NCBI GenBank assembly: GCA_964035545.1
Contig: OZ037773.1
Coordinates: forward strand, 3,005,751 to 3,069,750
Direction of reading: 5' to 3'
DNA from: Bugula neritina
Lineage: Eukaryota; Animalia; Bryozoa
DNA length: 64,000 bases
Made by a program: the position numbers and the translations under genes. How positions within the stretch are numbered: the first letter of the stretch is position 1; each line of letters opens with the position of its first letter. Shown piece after piece: positions 1 through 14,000 of the stretch. The notes beneath the pieces were generated by a model. It saw only the letters and a list, made by a program, of their open reading frames with translations. It did not search any database and was not told the DNA's origin.

Positions 1-253
1 AGACAAATAATATTAATGGCTTAGTGAGTATGTCTGCTGATACAAGACAAATGGTAATTCTAGGCACAAAATTTAAACCTCACAAAGGTCCTTAGTGATG
101 GTAGAAGGGCAACTATGTACAAACTGACTTTGTGCTATATAAGATAAAAAGCTTTCACATTGCATTGTCAACATGATTAAACACAGAAGAATGTAGCCTG
201 CCGAAGTATTGTGAAGGAAAGTGAGGGCGGAAATCAGTATCAGCTTAACTTAC

Positions 254-962
254 TGGTTAATAGATGGGATATCTGGGTTTTTATTAAACAGGGAGGATAT
301 GACATGTTTAGACTGGGTTCTGGGTTGAGCCTTGCGACTAGACTCAGTGGTGACAGATTTCCCATCTTTCTGAGAAACTACTTTTTCAGACAACTCTGAT
401 GTCAATTGCTCATTATTCTTATTAGTAGTATCTGAAACAAAAAATGATATGTAGTTGAACAGCAAAGACAAACAACTACAACTTGTTGCTACAGTGACAA
501 AACGTTAGCAACTTACCAGAGGTTTCAGTATTCTGCTTCAGTCTAGCCTCATTATAGGTGCCAAGCTCTTTTCTTGAAACTTTGTTACCAGCTATAAACT
601 TCTTTATTTTAGAAAGCTTTCTTTTCCGTATTCGCTTTTTCTACAACATTATCCCTTATTAGTTATTAGGTATAGTAACTAGAACATATCTTGAGCTGAA
701 TTTAATTTTATACAATTGCATTTGCTGATTAATTATTTAATAATTATAACTAATAAATAGCAATAATAATGATAATATAAATCATGTTATCCAGTTAAAT
801 TTCAAAAGTGAATGAATGAAACTCAAACTAAAAATCAAAATGTGTTTCAATTTCAATTTGTAAGCGTCTAACTTTATCATTTCCATAGGATTGCTTGTTG
901 GACTTCGTTGGGCCATCTCCCAGATTGATATTCAAAAGAAGAGAGCTGTCAGGCAGGTCCAT
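254..962 (-). CDS. DDX31: DEAD-box RNA helicase DDX31/Dbp7-like, first three coding exons (gene continues off the left edge)
   Basis: Phase-consistent exons 962-873, 640-517 and 431-254 with GT/AG ends. The N-terminus MDLPDSSLLLNINL resembles the Dbp7/DDX31 start, and SSLFNKNPDIP matches the DDX31 motif just before the helicase core. The core itself is outside the window. Confidence 0.75.
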
Positions 963-1619
963 TTTGAAGTTGGCGAGTACTTGATTTACAAAGTGCTTCA
1001 GCTTCAAAATGTATAACAATTATTATTTGTTTCAGGAGCCTTGAACTTGAAGCAAATGAAGCGACTCAATATTACTAATACTAAATTGTTGATTACATTT
1101 ACTGATTTACCAAAATGCTCACGATATTAACTAAACAAGACACCGGTAGAGCGGGTTACAGAGGCAACATCCAAAAGGTTGAAGATTACATCTATTTCAG
1201 TTTACCGAAGTTCTACAAAGTATAGAATTATAAGCTAAATATAGTATAATCTGCCATCCTATATAAATCGTTCATGCTTCGCAAAACAGCATGATCAGTG
1301 ACGTCTTAGTATACACTGGTTACAGCTTAAATATTTCTATTATGAGATGTCAGGGGTTAATTTCCGTTTAACAAACACTTGGTGAAATGCGCTAGTTGAA
1401 TTTTTTTCTCCAAACATAAGCTGAAACTGAGCGTGTTACAAGTAATTATTTCAATTTGTAAAGAATAAAGATTATCATTAATTGTTATATGACCTATCAT
1501 TTTATTTTAACATAACTACTATCATTAAACCCAAAATCTAATTGAAAATAAAATTTTGATCAAATTTAAATTGAACTTGGCCTCTAAACCTGGGGCTGGA
1601 TAACGTTCGAATTCTAAGA

Positions 1620-2120
1620 CGAAGTCTAACAGTAACTCTTACTCTAACCCCACAAGTGACACTCACACTGACAGTATTTCTCTTACTCTTAGGTTTTTAA
1701 TTATTAGTATTTTTTTTTAAAAAAAGTTCTAGTTTTTAACGGCTAATGCTTGAATATAAATGACAGAATATCGATAGGCCACACGATACTCATACTCATA
1801 CTGACTCATACTCATAGTCAGTCATACTGATTGTAATACTTGAGACCCAGTCGTAGTCCGTAGCGGTAGTGAGTCCGTAGTCGTACTGATACTGATTATG
1901 ATACCATTATCACTACCTCATAATCATAGATTAATTTTAATAAACTTTATATTAATTATATTGATGCACTTGCAGTCTAGTGATGGTCTCATACTCTTAG
2001 TCTACTGAATACTCAATATCAAACTGAAAGTGAATCTGAATGCAGATTTGGTACTAGTTAGTGTTACTGATAGCGATACTGATAGTGATACCGATTGAAT
2101 CCTCAGGGCTCAGTGTCGTA
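1620..2120. repeat. 6-bp periodic NWN-A[C/G]T tract between DDX31 and CIAO2B
   Basis: For example catact catact catact gact catact catagt cagt catact; gatagc gatact gatagt gatacc. Confidence 0.75.
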
Positions 2121-2503
2121 CTCATTATTTTAGTTACATATTTGTTATTGCTCATGCATTTATTGAGTTTTTTGACACTAGTATTTTAATACAAACACGA
2201 ATGGCGATATCTAATTCTATGGTCAATATCATTTTATTTTTATTATAAATATGAATTTTAACTAATACATAATTTAATTATCATTATGATCAGCAATATT
2301 TAATAATATGTAGTTATCAGTTAAAAATTTAAAATATTAAGCTTACTAGTTTTATAGACTAAGTATAGAATAATTTTATATTGAGCTTATTTCAAATTCA
2401 ATTCTGATTTTTGTCTTGTATTAGCATGATGTTGATTTATTGTTAACATCTATTTGTGAGACAAACCAATGTATTGTTTTCAGCATACACAGTTGCTTCT
2501 GTC

Positions 2504-4503
2504 ATGGACAACACAAATCCCGAGATATATAAAATCAGCAGTGAAAGAGAAGTTACGCAAACAGAGCTTTCCGATGACGTTGAAGATGAATTCGACAGCT
2601 GGGAGGTGTTTGATATTCTAAGATGTGAGCATTACTTGGTGGTGATGTCCATCATTGGATTTTAATGAAATAAAATTAAGATATTTTCACTGACTTACCA
2701 CTATTTAGGGTAGTAGCTGCAAACTTTAAATCAAACTAATTGAAGTATATTGCCAATATAAGTCGTGTCATTAGTTTTATTAGAAATTGATAAATTCTCA
2801 AATTTTTACTCTTATATTATAATATAAATATTAACGCTTATATTAAAACTCTGTAGTAAAACAATGGCCAGTTTATTTTGTTGTCATCTGCAGTTATGAT
2901 ATAAGCTCTAGTCACTAAAACTAGTGCAATAACTAGCTTAACCTTAGTATCCTTGTGTGTTCCGAGTAAAAGACAAAATAGCCTGTTTTAAGTGTTTAAG
3001 ATTTTTTATAGTCCTTTTAGCATTTCTCATGTGATTGCCATAATTTGAATGCAAATTACAATTGTTTAAAAATAGCATATTGCCTAATTTGGCTTCATTA
3101 TGCACAATAGGCTGTTGCACTATGACAATATTGGTATTGCACCCAGTTTTCAACTGATTTGACACCTTTTTGTTTAATTGTGTAACAGCAAGTATTGCAA
3201 TTTTAAAAAATATATCATTTTTTATGTATTTATTAATTATGGTATCTTGCTAATACTTTGCTGCTTAAGTGTAAGTTCACAGCTGTAAGGGCCAACATTA
3301 TTGTCACTAGTTGTTTACAGAGAATTTGTGTAGAGAGTTGCATGCAGGTTTCTTATGTTTCAGCTATTAAAGACCCAGAGCATCCACTCACACTGGAGGA
3401 GCTGAATGTTGTTGATAAATCTTTGATTCAGGTAGTCAGCATGCTATAGTATATAGGTCAACCTTATCTAGGTCAACATTAACTAGGTCAGCTTCATATA
3501 GGTCAACCTTATGTAGGTCAGCTTTATCTAGGCCAATCCAATCTAGGACAACCTTATCTAGGTCAGCTTTTTCTAGGTCATCTCTATCTAGGTAAACCCT
3601 ATCTATATAGGTTTAGACTGTTCAAATCACAAGTATTGTGTCAATCATAATACTACAACCCTAAGGATGTTATAGCCTATGTTAAAGAGACTGGCTTTGT
3701 TTAATATTGGTTTATTTTGGTTGTTTTGATTTTTTCTCCATTCAATGGTTATTTAGGTTTTTAAAAAAGATACTGTTAATCTTTTCTAATTTTAACCTTC
3801 AGTTCTCGCAATTTTTTAATAGCTGGTGTAATAATTGCATAACTCTACAATTAAGCAAGGAAAGAGTGAGTTGTGATGCTAATTATTTTTAGACATAATA
3901 TGCTATTTGAGGAACTTTTCAAGAATTCTATAAAATAATATATAATATGTGTTGTGTTGTATTTTAGTTCATGGGATATCTGGAATTATGTTATCATCAC
4001 TTTCAAGCTGAGTAAATATGTAATAATTATAAAGAATAACATATGCTGCAGGTGGATAACAAAAATAATTCTATATCAATACAATTCACACCCACAGTTC
4101 CTCACTGTAGTTTGGCAACTCTGATTGGTCTATCAATACGAGTGAAACTAGTGAGGTAAGTGTATAATGAGTTAGTGAGTTTGATTGCAATGTTGAATAT
4201 AATGGAGTATTGAGAATGAAGTCATAAATACAGTAAGAAAATAAAATGCCAAGTTGTACATTGTCTGATGAATCTTGCAGCCTGAAACGTAGAGTATGTG
4301 TGTCCTTGATTGGCTGCAGTCACTAGTTACATGGTTGTAGATCCTTGCCGCCAAGGTTCAAGGTTGACGTGAAGATAAACCCAGGGAGTCACGTTTCAGA
4401 GATTGCCGTAAACAAACAACTCAACGACAAGGAGAGAGTCGCTGCAGCTTTAGAGAACTTTGATTTACTTCGAACTGTCAATAGATGTTTAGCAGAAGAA
4501 TGA
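2504..4503 (+). CDS. CIAO2B: Cytosolic Fe-S assembly component 2B (MIP18/FAM96B)
   Basis: Exons 2504-2624, 3364-3431, 4052-4155, 4341-4503 splice in frame. Motifs [36 protein letters not shown] and [17 protein letters not shown]; the N-terminal DNTNPEIY favours 2B over 2A. Confidence 0.93.
3451..3605. repeat. 15-bp minisatellite (about TAGGTCAACCTTATC, about 10 copies) in CIAO2B intron 2
   Basis: Tandem degenerate units read directly. Confidence 0.85.
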
Positions 4504-5379
4504 GCAGAAATTTCGGCAGTGAAAAGTTTTTTAAAGAAGGGAGCGCCATTATTTCTTCTTGCATCATTGTCATCATTTACTGAAATAATATTTTTGTACT
4601 TTTATTTTTTTACAAGTATCGATGAAGTTGTTGAATGTGATTGGTGCTGAAATTAAAACCTTATATAAAAGCAATATTCTGTGGAGATATTTCTACCATA
4701 TATAATACTTGCTCTAATATAATGTAAGCTATAATGTTGACGCTTTGCTGGGTGGGTTGTATTGTATTTTGCAGTTTTCTTTTTAGCATCTACTAGTTAT
4801 TATGATGTTGAAAATGTTTTTAAAATATTTCAGCTCTGCTGGCAGTCATTATTAAAACCTCAATAATTTAAATTATTACAACTTGTCTTTTTGTGATGGT
4901 GTATTTCTGTAGCCTAGATTGTCCTCCATCTCTCTATTTTAACTACAAACTCATCAACGCCACACATACCTTGCATATTACAATAATTAAGAAGAACTGT
5001 TGACGTATTCTTACCTACTGAACTGAAACTCTATAGCTCAATGCTCTTACCAGCTACGCTGTAGATTTCGAGTTATCTCATCATTATTTCAACAAGCTTT
5101 ATAAAATTAAGGATAAATGCGTAGTTTGGTTATTCGGTCAAGGTCAAAACAATATTTCCGGACTCGCAAGATATCGGGTTGATATTGACTAGTACTGTCA
5201 AATTTTTATAGATTCTTGCAATATTGACTGTAAAACTTGCAGGTATGTATTCAAATGTCACTCACAGAAAACATGTGTATTTCAATAATTTAGTTAAAAC
5301 CGTATGGGTTACAGTGCATATTTTCTCAAAAATGATTATATGAATCCGGTATTGCAGCTATTGCTAATGCTATTCTGAA

Positions 5380-6290
5380 TAGTATAACATTAACTGTAAC
5401 ATTAACAGATTAACTATTAGTATTACTATGAGTATAAGTTATACTTATACTATTACTATAAGTATAAGTTTAAGTATTCAATATGAAACTGAGTCTGATG
5501 GCATACACTTGAAGTTGGATAAAGATAAACTAGAAGTGAAAGTTAATCTTGTCCTTAGGCGTAGACTTACTCACCTAGAAATAGATACTAGATAGGATTA
5601 TGCTTTACTTTTACTTTTAGACCCAAAAGTAAATGATAAAAGACAATAAATTATAGTGAATAAAAGGCCAAATTGAAATTGATAAATATTATTACCAAAT
5701 TTATATTGATATTAATATTATTAATATTATAATTATTTTTATTATTATTACTATTACTATTAGGTTTCAATCGAATTTTTGTCATGATCATGAAGATTAT
5801 AATCATTTATTATTTATTTTCATTTTGGCTAGTATCAAATACAATAACTGATAAGAATCACAATTTGTTAATTATTTATATTTTATACTTATAGTTGCAG
5901 TTATAATCAATGAATTACAGTAATCATAATCACAATCATAATCACAATAATAATGATTGTTATAAATTTCAAAATTCAGGGTAGGCCTAATTTGAAAATG
6001 GATCATTATAATTAATAATTAATGTTATATACTTATAGTTATACTTTTTTATTTCATTCATCATTAAATAATAAATGATTGCGATTGGTAATTGAATTAA
6101 GCTGTTTTTATAGTATTGCCATTGGATTTGCCTTTGGTATAACATTAACATAAACACCATGTTAATCTATAACTATAAGTATATTCCTACTAGTATTACA
6201 CTATTAGTATATTACTATAACTATTGCTAAGTCTAATGTCTTGTAGTAATACTAATAGTAGTAGCCTATGGCTATAATAATAATTACAAG
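5380..6290. repeat. 6-bp periodic NWN-A[C/G]T and AT-rich tract in the putative first intron of tropomodulin
   Basis: attagt attact atgagt ataagt tatact tatact attact ataagt. It follows a candidate donor CAG|GTATGT at about 5241. Confidence 0.65.
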
Positions 6291-9007
6291 TCAAAAATAA
6301 AAGTGTTTTAATATTATATTGTTATTCATTCTTTATAAATATTAATATCATAATGGTAATGCACAATGCTAGCAATAAATCAAGAATAATTTTAAATTTA
6401 AAAGCTAAAATGTGAAACTTTCACTGTTGGTACCGGTGACACTAAGTATAAAAATTCTAATCAAATTAGCATACTTACTCATCACTTTCGGCTATCACTC
6501 ATTGACAAGTCAAAGTGTCATACATTTACAAATGATTTTCTCCCATATATTGTTAATTGTTTATAGTAGTAATACTACTACCATTTAAACATTACTCTGT
6601 TTCACATGTATGACTTGCATACTCTTTTATTATTTTAAGTTGCAATTGTAAAAGTAACTATGTAGCTCTGATTATATCTTTATAAAGCGTAATATGTCTT
6701 TAAGATTTATTCAATTACTTATTTCATGGGGCTTTTTTACTATGTTGCAAATGACAATTTATTTGGTATCTAATGCCATCGTGGCTCATTTTTAGCTTAA
6801 TGACTACTTGCATCTGCTTTTTACTTGACTAAACCCTAAATCCAACTGATGTTTATGTTATATTGCTCCCTATAATTTATGTAAACTGAGGTAGTAGAGG
6901 CGAGGTATAAATATTTGGGTCAGACAATAGCTTCTTCTGCAATACTGCACATTACTATTTTATTTCAATAATGTTTTTAGCTTTAATTATTTAAATATTA
7001 GTAAAGTTAAATACCCATGAGTTATTTTGACACTGTTTGCCTTCTATCACTATTGTGAAATCTAAACATTTGCTTCACAAACTTTAATGTGTCTTTATTA
7101 CAAATTGCCTTCTTATTTTTCTAATAGACTGAGTCACCTAGATCATTGCCCCCCTCCATGTCTTTAGATAGGGAGTAGTGACCCAACATTAACACATGCT
7201 AGTTCAATAGAAATACCTAGACTGTTCTAAAGAATGTCAACTTTCTCATTTGTCTTGAAAACATGAATGTTTCTTAGTCAGCAGTGTTTCCAGTGTCTAA
7301 AGCAGTTGTAACTTGCTAATGTTGAGTAAAGCTTCAACACTGGATATAGTGGAACCTTTCTTTGTTCAACAACACTTTATCTGATAGGCATTATGAATTT
7401 TCAACAATCTGTTAGGAGAGTGTATACAGAGCATAGATTCCTTAATGGGATCAAAATTCTTCTTCAACTCATTACTTATCTCATTTCCCACTAGCTCATG
7501 CCTATTTAGTTGCTTAGATTGCAAATTGAACCTAGCCTGTGCTGTAATTTACTCCATGTAAGCAGTAGACATTCCAATGTGGCAGACACATTTTGTAAGA
7601 GCCAAGGCTAGCCTGTGTTATCTCTGGATATGTTTGGATAGCATTTTTATGACTTCTCTCCCATCAGATAAACAATTACTAGGTGATACAAATGAGCTAT
7701 TACATCATGTTTATGGGAACTCATTTCATGGGAGATCGACTTACTGTGTAGTGCAGCATGCTATAAAATGTAATCATTGCTTATAGGCTCTGTGTAATGC
7801 ACACTTCATACCTAGCGTGTGTGCTTGGGCTGAGATATCTCATACTCTGTGTTATTTCAGCTGCCGTAGCTTCCTCAACCTGTAACTGGCTGTCTTAACC
7901 CCCCCCCCTCCTGTCTTAGAAACCTGATATGTCACTAAATTTATGACCCTGTAACGATAGGCTGATTTTGTACTTTAATTTGGCAATTTCCACCAATTGT
8001 TTCTTTCTTGTTTACTAAATGACACCACTATTGATTTCGATGGTGGAAGACAGTTGGCATTATATGCTAACAGTTGGGTATCTTATAGCCCTATGCACTG
8101 GCTGTAGAAAGTTCGGCTAATAATGTACACTTTAGATTATGACCCTGATTTGTTCTTATATTATAATCATTTCTCTTGGCTTGGAGTTCAGACTGACGTT
8201 GAAAACTAAGCCCTAGATCTAATGCCCCTCTTTGTTACAAAAACTCGTGCCAGCATTATCTGGTTAATACACAAGTATAAGATAATGAGATTATGATGAA
8301 CAGCAGCTAAAGCTGGTAGTTGAATTCCTCCATTAATTAAATACTATCTTTTGTTTATAATATAATGAATAGAAGTGAATATTTTAAGCCAGATTATGAC
8401 ATGCACTGCAGCTTATTCTTGCTTCTGTTATATTATCATCTATAGTTATATTTATATTAGTAACATTTATATTATAGTACTAACTATTAGTCCACAGTTA
8501 TACTGCAGTACTAAGTATTAGTAGAAGTTATATCATAGTCCTAGGTATTAGTCAACAGTTATACTGCAGTTTGAGTGCCAGTAGTAATAATCAACTGTTG
8601 GCTGATCAACAGTTCTGTTGCCTTGCCCTCACTCTGTCATTAGTTGTAGCTTTTTATTCCATTGACTTTGCTTGACCCTGCTATTGCACACTCATTAAAT
8701 AACATATTGGCCTGTCAAGTGTTGTGATGTTAAGGAAGGGCTGTACCCCCTCCTCCTATAGTAAATAGGGTGTGCCCGTAATGTTATTCTCCAGTGTAAG
8801 CTATCATGGGGCACTAGCTGTAGCTGTACTCCTGTTTATGGCTACTACTTCACTTTATAGCCCCTTTCTGGGTTACAGGTTCAATATACATGGCTGCAAG
8901 CTATTGTAACTTAAAGAGAAAGATGTTTCATAAACTTGGTGATGTGTTTTGTAGGCTAACTGTTTTAGTTGACAGTGTAAGTAAATCTTCTGGTAGCCAT
9001 TATGGAT

Positions 9008-9178
9008 GAGTCATTCTATGAGCAGCGCTGAGTTAGGGGTGACTGAGTGCAGTAGTTTGGGTTCTCGGGTTTGGGGTTCTCGGATTGAGTTGAAGCTTGA
9101 ACCCTCAACTCCAAACTCAAAAATCTCAAACTACTGCACCCAGTCACCCCCAACTCGGTGCTGCTTATAGAGCGACTC
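9008..9178. mobile_element. Short hairpin MITE-like element, copy 1
   Basis: GAGTCATTCTATGAGCAGC...GGGGTGACTGAGTGCAGTAGTTTG is mirrored by CAAACTACTGCACCCAGTCACCCC...GCTGCTTATAGAGCGACTC. Confidence 0.7.
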
Positions 9179-9530
9179 CTATACCCACACCACCTTCTCT
9201 TGTAGGAAGTTAATCCAATCCTAGCTGCTGGTGTTGTCTCTTGTTTTTCGGTGAAATATTGTTTTAGAGTAGATGCCCACTGCCTCTGCTGTTGTCAAAC
9301 ATATCATTGCTTTACCTGTGTAGCTGTTTAACACGGTATTGTTGCTGCTTTTATGTATTAAACTATTTGGTTTTATTTTCTATACATGTGCACTGGTGAT
9401 GCAATTTAGCAGTATATTGGTGTAGGGTTTTGTAGTTGTGTTTCTAAGTTGCATTGTTGAATAGGGTATTGCCCCCACCCCACTGTCAATTATCAGCAAG
9501 GGACATCTCTCTTCACCCACTAAACCAGCA

Positions 9531-9678
9531 GAGTTGTTCTATATGCAGCTCCGAGTGGGGTGACTGAGTGCAGTAGTTTGCACTGACAAGTTTGGAGTTG
9601 GAGGTTTAAGTTGGAACTTGGAACTCCAAACTCCAGCACTCGGTCACCCCTAACTAGGAGCTGCTTGTAGAACGATTC
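9531..9678. mobile_element. Short hairpin MITE-like element, copy 2
   Basis: Same arms as copy 1 (GGGGTGACTGAGTGCAGTAGTTTG ... CACTCGGTCACCCCTAACT...GCTGCTTGTAGAACGATTC). Confidence 0.7.
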
Positions 9679-10369
9679 ACACCAGCATTCCTAATTCTGA
9701 GCTTATTGTACTACCACTCAGTCTAGCTGCCTGTATTTTTCTGCAATGTTTAGCTAATACCACTGTTTTCTCACCAAGCATTCCTTGACTCTTGTGTCAT
9801 TAGTTTATGTCAGCTAAGTCTTTCTGCTGCCAAGTCTATACTGTCCACCAGTAGAAGATTTATCTTTTCTTAGCAATTTTCAGTTAGCAGTAGATATTTG
9901 GACCACCATGTTACTTCTATTCTGTATCTTCCAGACTACAATATCAGCATTGTTGTACATCACTATTAGATCTGCCTGCATATTACCTGGATAACAGGTA
10001 TTCAGGGTATGGTGTCATATCGTAGCTAGTAAAGATGTGATTAGTAGAACTAATTGGATATTATCTTCCATGGCTAGCATACCCTAAATATCTACTAGTC
10101 ATGGCCTTTCACTAGACATCCTCTGCATTAGAATGGCAGCAGTAAATGTTAACTATGCTGACTGACATACATATGCAGGTGCTACAGGGTGCTATGAGCA
10201 GTAAAAGTGTGTATTTACTGGAATAGCTGTAATGAAAACTCTCTTGGCATCTATCACTGACATAGCAGAGACCATATTGTGGGGACACCGAAATAATACT
10301 GAGATGCCATTCAAACTTTGTATTTTGTTCCTCTATTAGATAATGTAGTCTCAGCATTTCATAGATATA

Positions 10370-10735
10370 AGTGTACCAGGTGCTAGAAGGCCTTCAGAGT
10401 ACAGCATAGCACACAGTGTACCAGGTGCTAGAAGGCCTTTAGAGTAAAGCATAGCACACAGTGTACCAGGTGCTAGAAGGCCTTTAGAGTACAGCATAGC
10501 ACACAGTGTACCAGGTGCTAGAAGGCCTTTAGAGTACAGCATAGCACACAGTGTACCAGGTGCTAGAAGGCCTTTAGAGTAAAGCATAGCACACAGTGTA
10601 CCAGGTGCTAGAAGGCCTTTAGAGTACAGCATATAGCACACAGTGTACCAGGTGCTAGAAGGCCTTTAGAGTACAGCATAGCACACAGTGTACCAGGTGC
10701 TAGAAGGCCTTTAGAGTACAGCATAGCACACAGTG
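10370..10735. repeat. 45-bp minisatellite, 8 near-identical copies
   Basis: Unit AGTGTACCAGGTGCTAGAAGGCCTTTAGAGTACAGCATAGCACAC repeated head-to-tail with no spacers. Confidence 0.95.
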
Positions 10736-10784
10736 CAGCTCTCTTTTCAATTCACCTTTCTCTTTGACTAAAACTCAAAATGTG

Positions 10785-11000
10785 CTCTACTGCACTCTGT
10801 ACCACTGCAACACTAGTTCTTACTCCACTCTACTGCACTCTGTGCCACTACAATACTAGTTCTTACTCCACTCTACTACACTCTGTACCACCACAAAATC
10901 CATCCTATTTCCACCACACTCTGTAACACTACAATACTAGTTCTTACTCTACTACACTCTGTAACACTACAATACCAGTTCCTACTCTACTCTACCGCCA
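10785..11000. repeat. Degenerate 40-43 bp tandem repeat ending at the tropomodulin splice acceptor
   Basis: Recurrent ctctactgcactctgtaccactacaatactagttcttact units. Confidence 0.75.
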
Positions 11001-11011
11001 CTCTTGCAGAT

Positions 11012-14000
11012 ATGACTGGAGCAGAGACAGACATGGATGCTCCATGGGCTAAGAATATGGGTGTCGCTGCGTTTGAGGAGTTTGATATTGACGACCTGTT
11101 GGCTAAGCTGACGCCAGAGGAGATCGAAGAGCTCGCCAACGAAACCGACCCAGACGTGAGTAGCCATGTTTGTTGTGCCGTCGCCCACTTCAGGTTGATT
11201 CCTATAGTAACTTTAAGGTAGATGGGATATTGTATGAGGATAAGTTGAAACAGCAACTTATTCATCAAAGTTCAGCAAAGCTAAGTTATAACTTGTATAA
11301 GTTTTAACTTGTAAACAGGTTGGTTTTACTAGAACTTTCCATATTTTATACACTTTAGCATGGTTAAAATTGCTGTGAGTTTTGTTCCAATTTCAATGTT
11401 GTCAAAACATTGGTGAGATTGTCTTAAATTTCATGTGACTATGAATTTATCAGTGCAGCTATATGCAGAATAGTGTGGTTATAGCCTCCAGCTGTTGGTC
11501 TATCAACTAATTCTCTATCTCTTACAGTTGTCGAGTATTTCAGATGTTGGCAAGACTTTGGCTTCACTTGTTCAGTAATTAGTGTAGAAAAATTCATTTA
11601 ACCATTATTTTGACAGTCAGTCATGAGTTTTTAATGGAAATGTATTTTGGATTCAAGTTCGGATAAGTTAGATGTATCGTTACCATGACAACCTATGGGG
11701 GTGCAGTGAAATGCGTTGGCCTATTGGGCCTAGTAGTGAATGACTGTAGGCAGATTCAACTAACATATAATAGTATAGTCAGCATTTTCAGACAACTTTG
11801 TGCCTTAAGTTTTCCTCCCTTGAGGTGTTGTCAGCTGAACTGATGTTGTATCACTTAGCTGACTTGGCATACACAATCCTATTGAACTGATCAATAATAA
11901 AATATTGATATTTATCTGGCATTGTGTAACTCAGAATGTTATGGCTGAGGCTGTTCCTCAATTTTTGTTTCTGGACTGCAATAAAAAGTTCAAGTCTGTG
12001 AAAGTGAGCTGGTAAGAAAATAAAATCATAGGTAGGGTTTATGTTTTAAAATCAGCGCAAGTTAGTGTTTTAAATAATAGACTGAGTTCTCATATGTTTA
12101 CAGAACTCCTTACTACCACCCGCAGACAGGTGTAAAAATCAGACTACAAAGTCGGACACTGGGCCACTGAACCGAGAGGCTCTGCTAAAGTGGCTGGAAG
12201 ATAAGGCACTCTCCGAGGCAGACTGGGATGAGCCAAAACCCTACACTAAGGTAACTGGAACAGTCTCTCAGTCTATGATCTCATCATGTTGTAAACCCTC
12301 TACTTGAGTTACCTTCTCTTGTCATTTGGGTTTACTGACTTGATAAAGAGCATCTCAATGCAGTGCATAGCATGTCCTTGTTGCCACACCTCACCCAGCT
12401 AATCCCCATAACAGAGTCAATGAACTGCTATTGACTCTGGTAACCTCCGCAAAGGTTAGTTGGTGGGCAGTAAACTCTATGAAGGCATGTAAAGTTATGA
12501 TTCTAACAACTAAAGATGAAGTGTGGACCAATATGGTTTTGGTATTCCAAATGCTGTTCAACTCCTGAGATATTGAACTAAATTTCTAAGAAAAGCCAAG
12601 AGGGCAATGCTTAATGCTAATAACACTCCCCTTCCCAAGATTTCAAAAAATTATAATATATGCATTTTTTAATTACATTTAAAATATTGACTCCCTATTG
12701 AATAATTCAACTTTTACATTGTTATTTAAATACAATGGGCAATATAAAAAGTTTTAATATTTCAAATTACATGCGGAGATTGGAATATTATTTTAGTTGT
12801 AATCCATTACTATTAAATCTAAAACCCTAATGAAAACCAGGCCGTCTGTTTCTATAAAAATTCAACGGTTACAGTGAAACGAAAAACATACCAATAAAAC
12901 AGTATTTCAGTACTTAAAACCCTCACCAACAGAATTGTGGTATATGTAGATAAAGAGAGGGAAGGCGTATGTGCCAAAGGATTCAGATACCAATATTGAT
13001 GACATAAGCGAGAACTCCGGGGAACTGAAAACAGATTTTGATGACATATTAAATAAGGCAACAGAAGAAGAGCTAGTTGATCTAGCAGGTATCTTTTCAT
13101 TATCTTATAGTTTAGTGCCGTCAGCATATAATTTGATGACATCAGCACATATTCTGGTGACATGTGCACATATTCTGGTGACATCAGCACATTTTCTGGT
13201 GACATCAACACATATTTTGGCGACATCAGCACAGTCTGGTGACATGAGCACACATTCTGGTTACAGTAATATATTTAAACCATGAGACATTATTACATAA
13301 TTGGTCGCATGATAGCATTATGACTGACTCAACATTACACATTGTAGCCGCTCTTGGATTTCATGCCATGTTGAATCAGGACCAGTACAATGCCTCAGTT
13401 CTCGAAAAGCCTGTTCATGGAGGGTTTAAGGGTATCGCAAAGGCCACCCTGCCTGCTGTCTCGGAACCTGTTGCTCCGAATAGCACAGATGTTGATAAGA
13501 GTATAGAAAGGCTGACTAGTAACGACGCCTCTCTCACAGAGCTTAATCTCAATAATATTAAGGTTGGTCTTGTTGAAGATCCGTTCTCTCTTGTGATGTC
13601 ATAAGTTGATGCCGCTTGTTAATTGTTTTTATTACGGAAGAAAGCTAAAAGTTAACATTCACTGCTGATTTCTTGTGGTATGACAACTCTCCAAGTGTTG
13701 GAAGAGATTTGATTATGTAACTCGTACGCTTTTTTCTAGAATATTTCTGCACAGAAGTTTGAGAGGTTGTTTTCAGCAGTAGAATCCAACACACACCTGG
13801 TTACCTTAGCCGTGGCCAGTACTGGTATCACAGATAGGGTGGCAAAGGTGAGCAGCTCTTAGGACTATTTTTTCGAAATACCATTTCAAGCTTCTAATAT
13901 CCAGTGATGAATATTTTCTTATTTGCTTTTCATAACAACTTAGGTCAGCTAAACTATATAGAAAGAAGTTCAAGCTGCATCCGTAAACTTGCTTATGATT

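Noticed and set aside
10370-10735. Regular array resembling CRISPR, and the repetitive ORF (MLYSKGLLAPGTLCA)n
   Set aside because: Units are contiguous with no unique spacers, there are no cas genes, and the context is a eukaryotic intron. The ORF is an artefact of the 45-bp unit.
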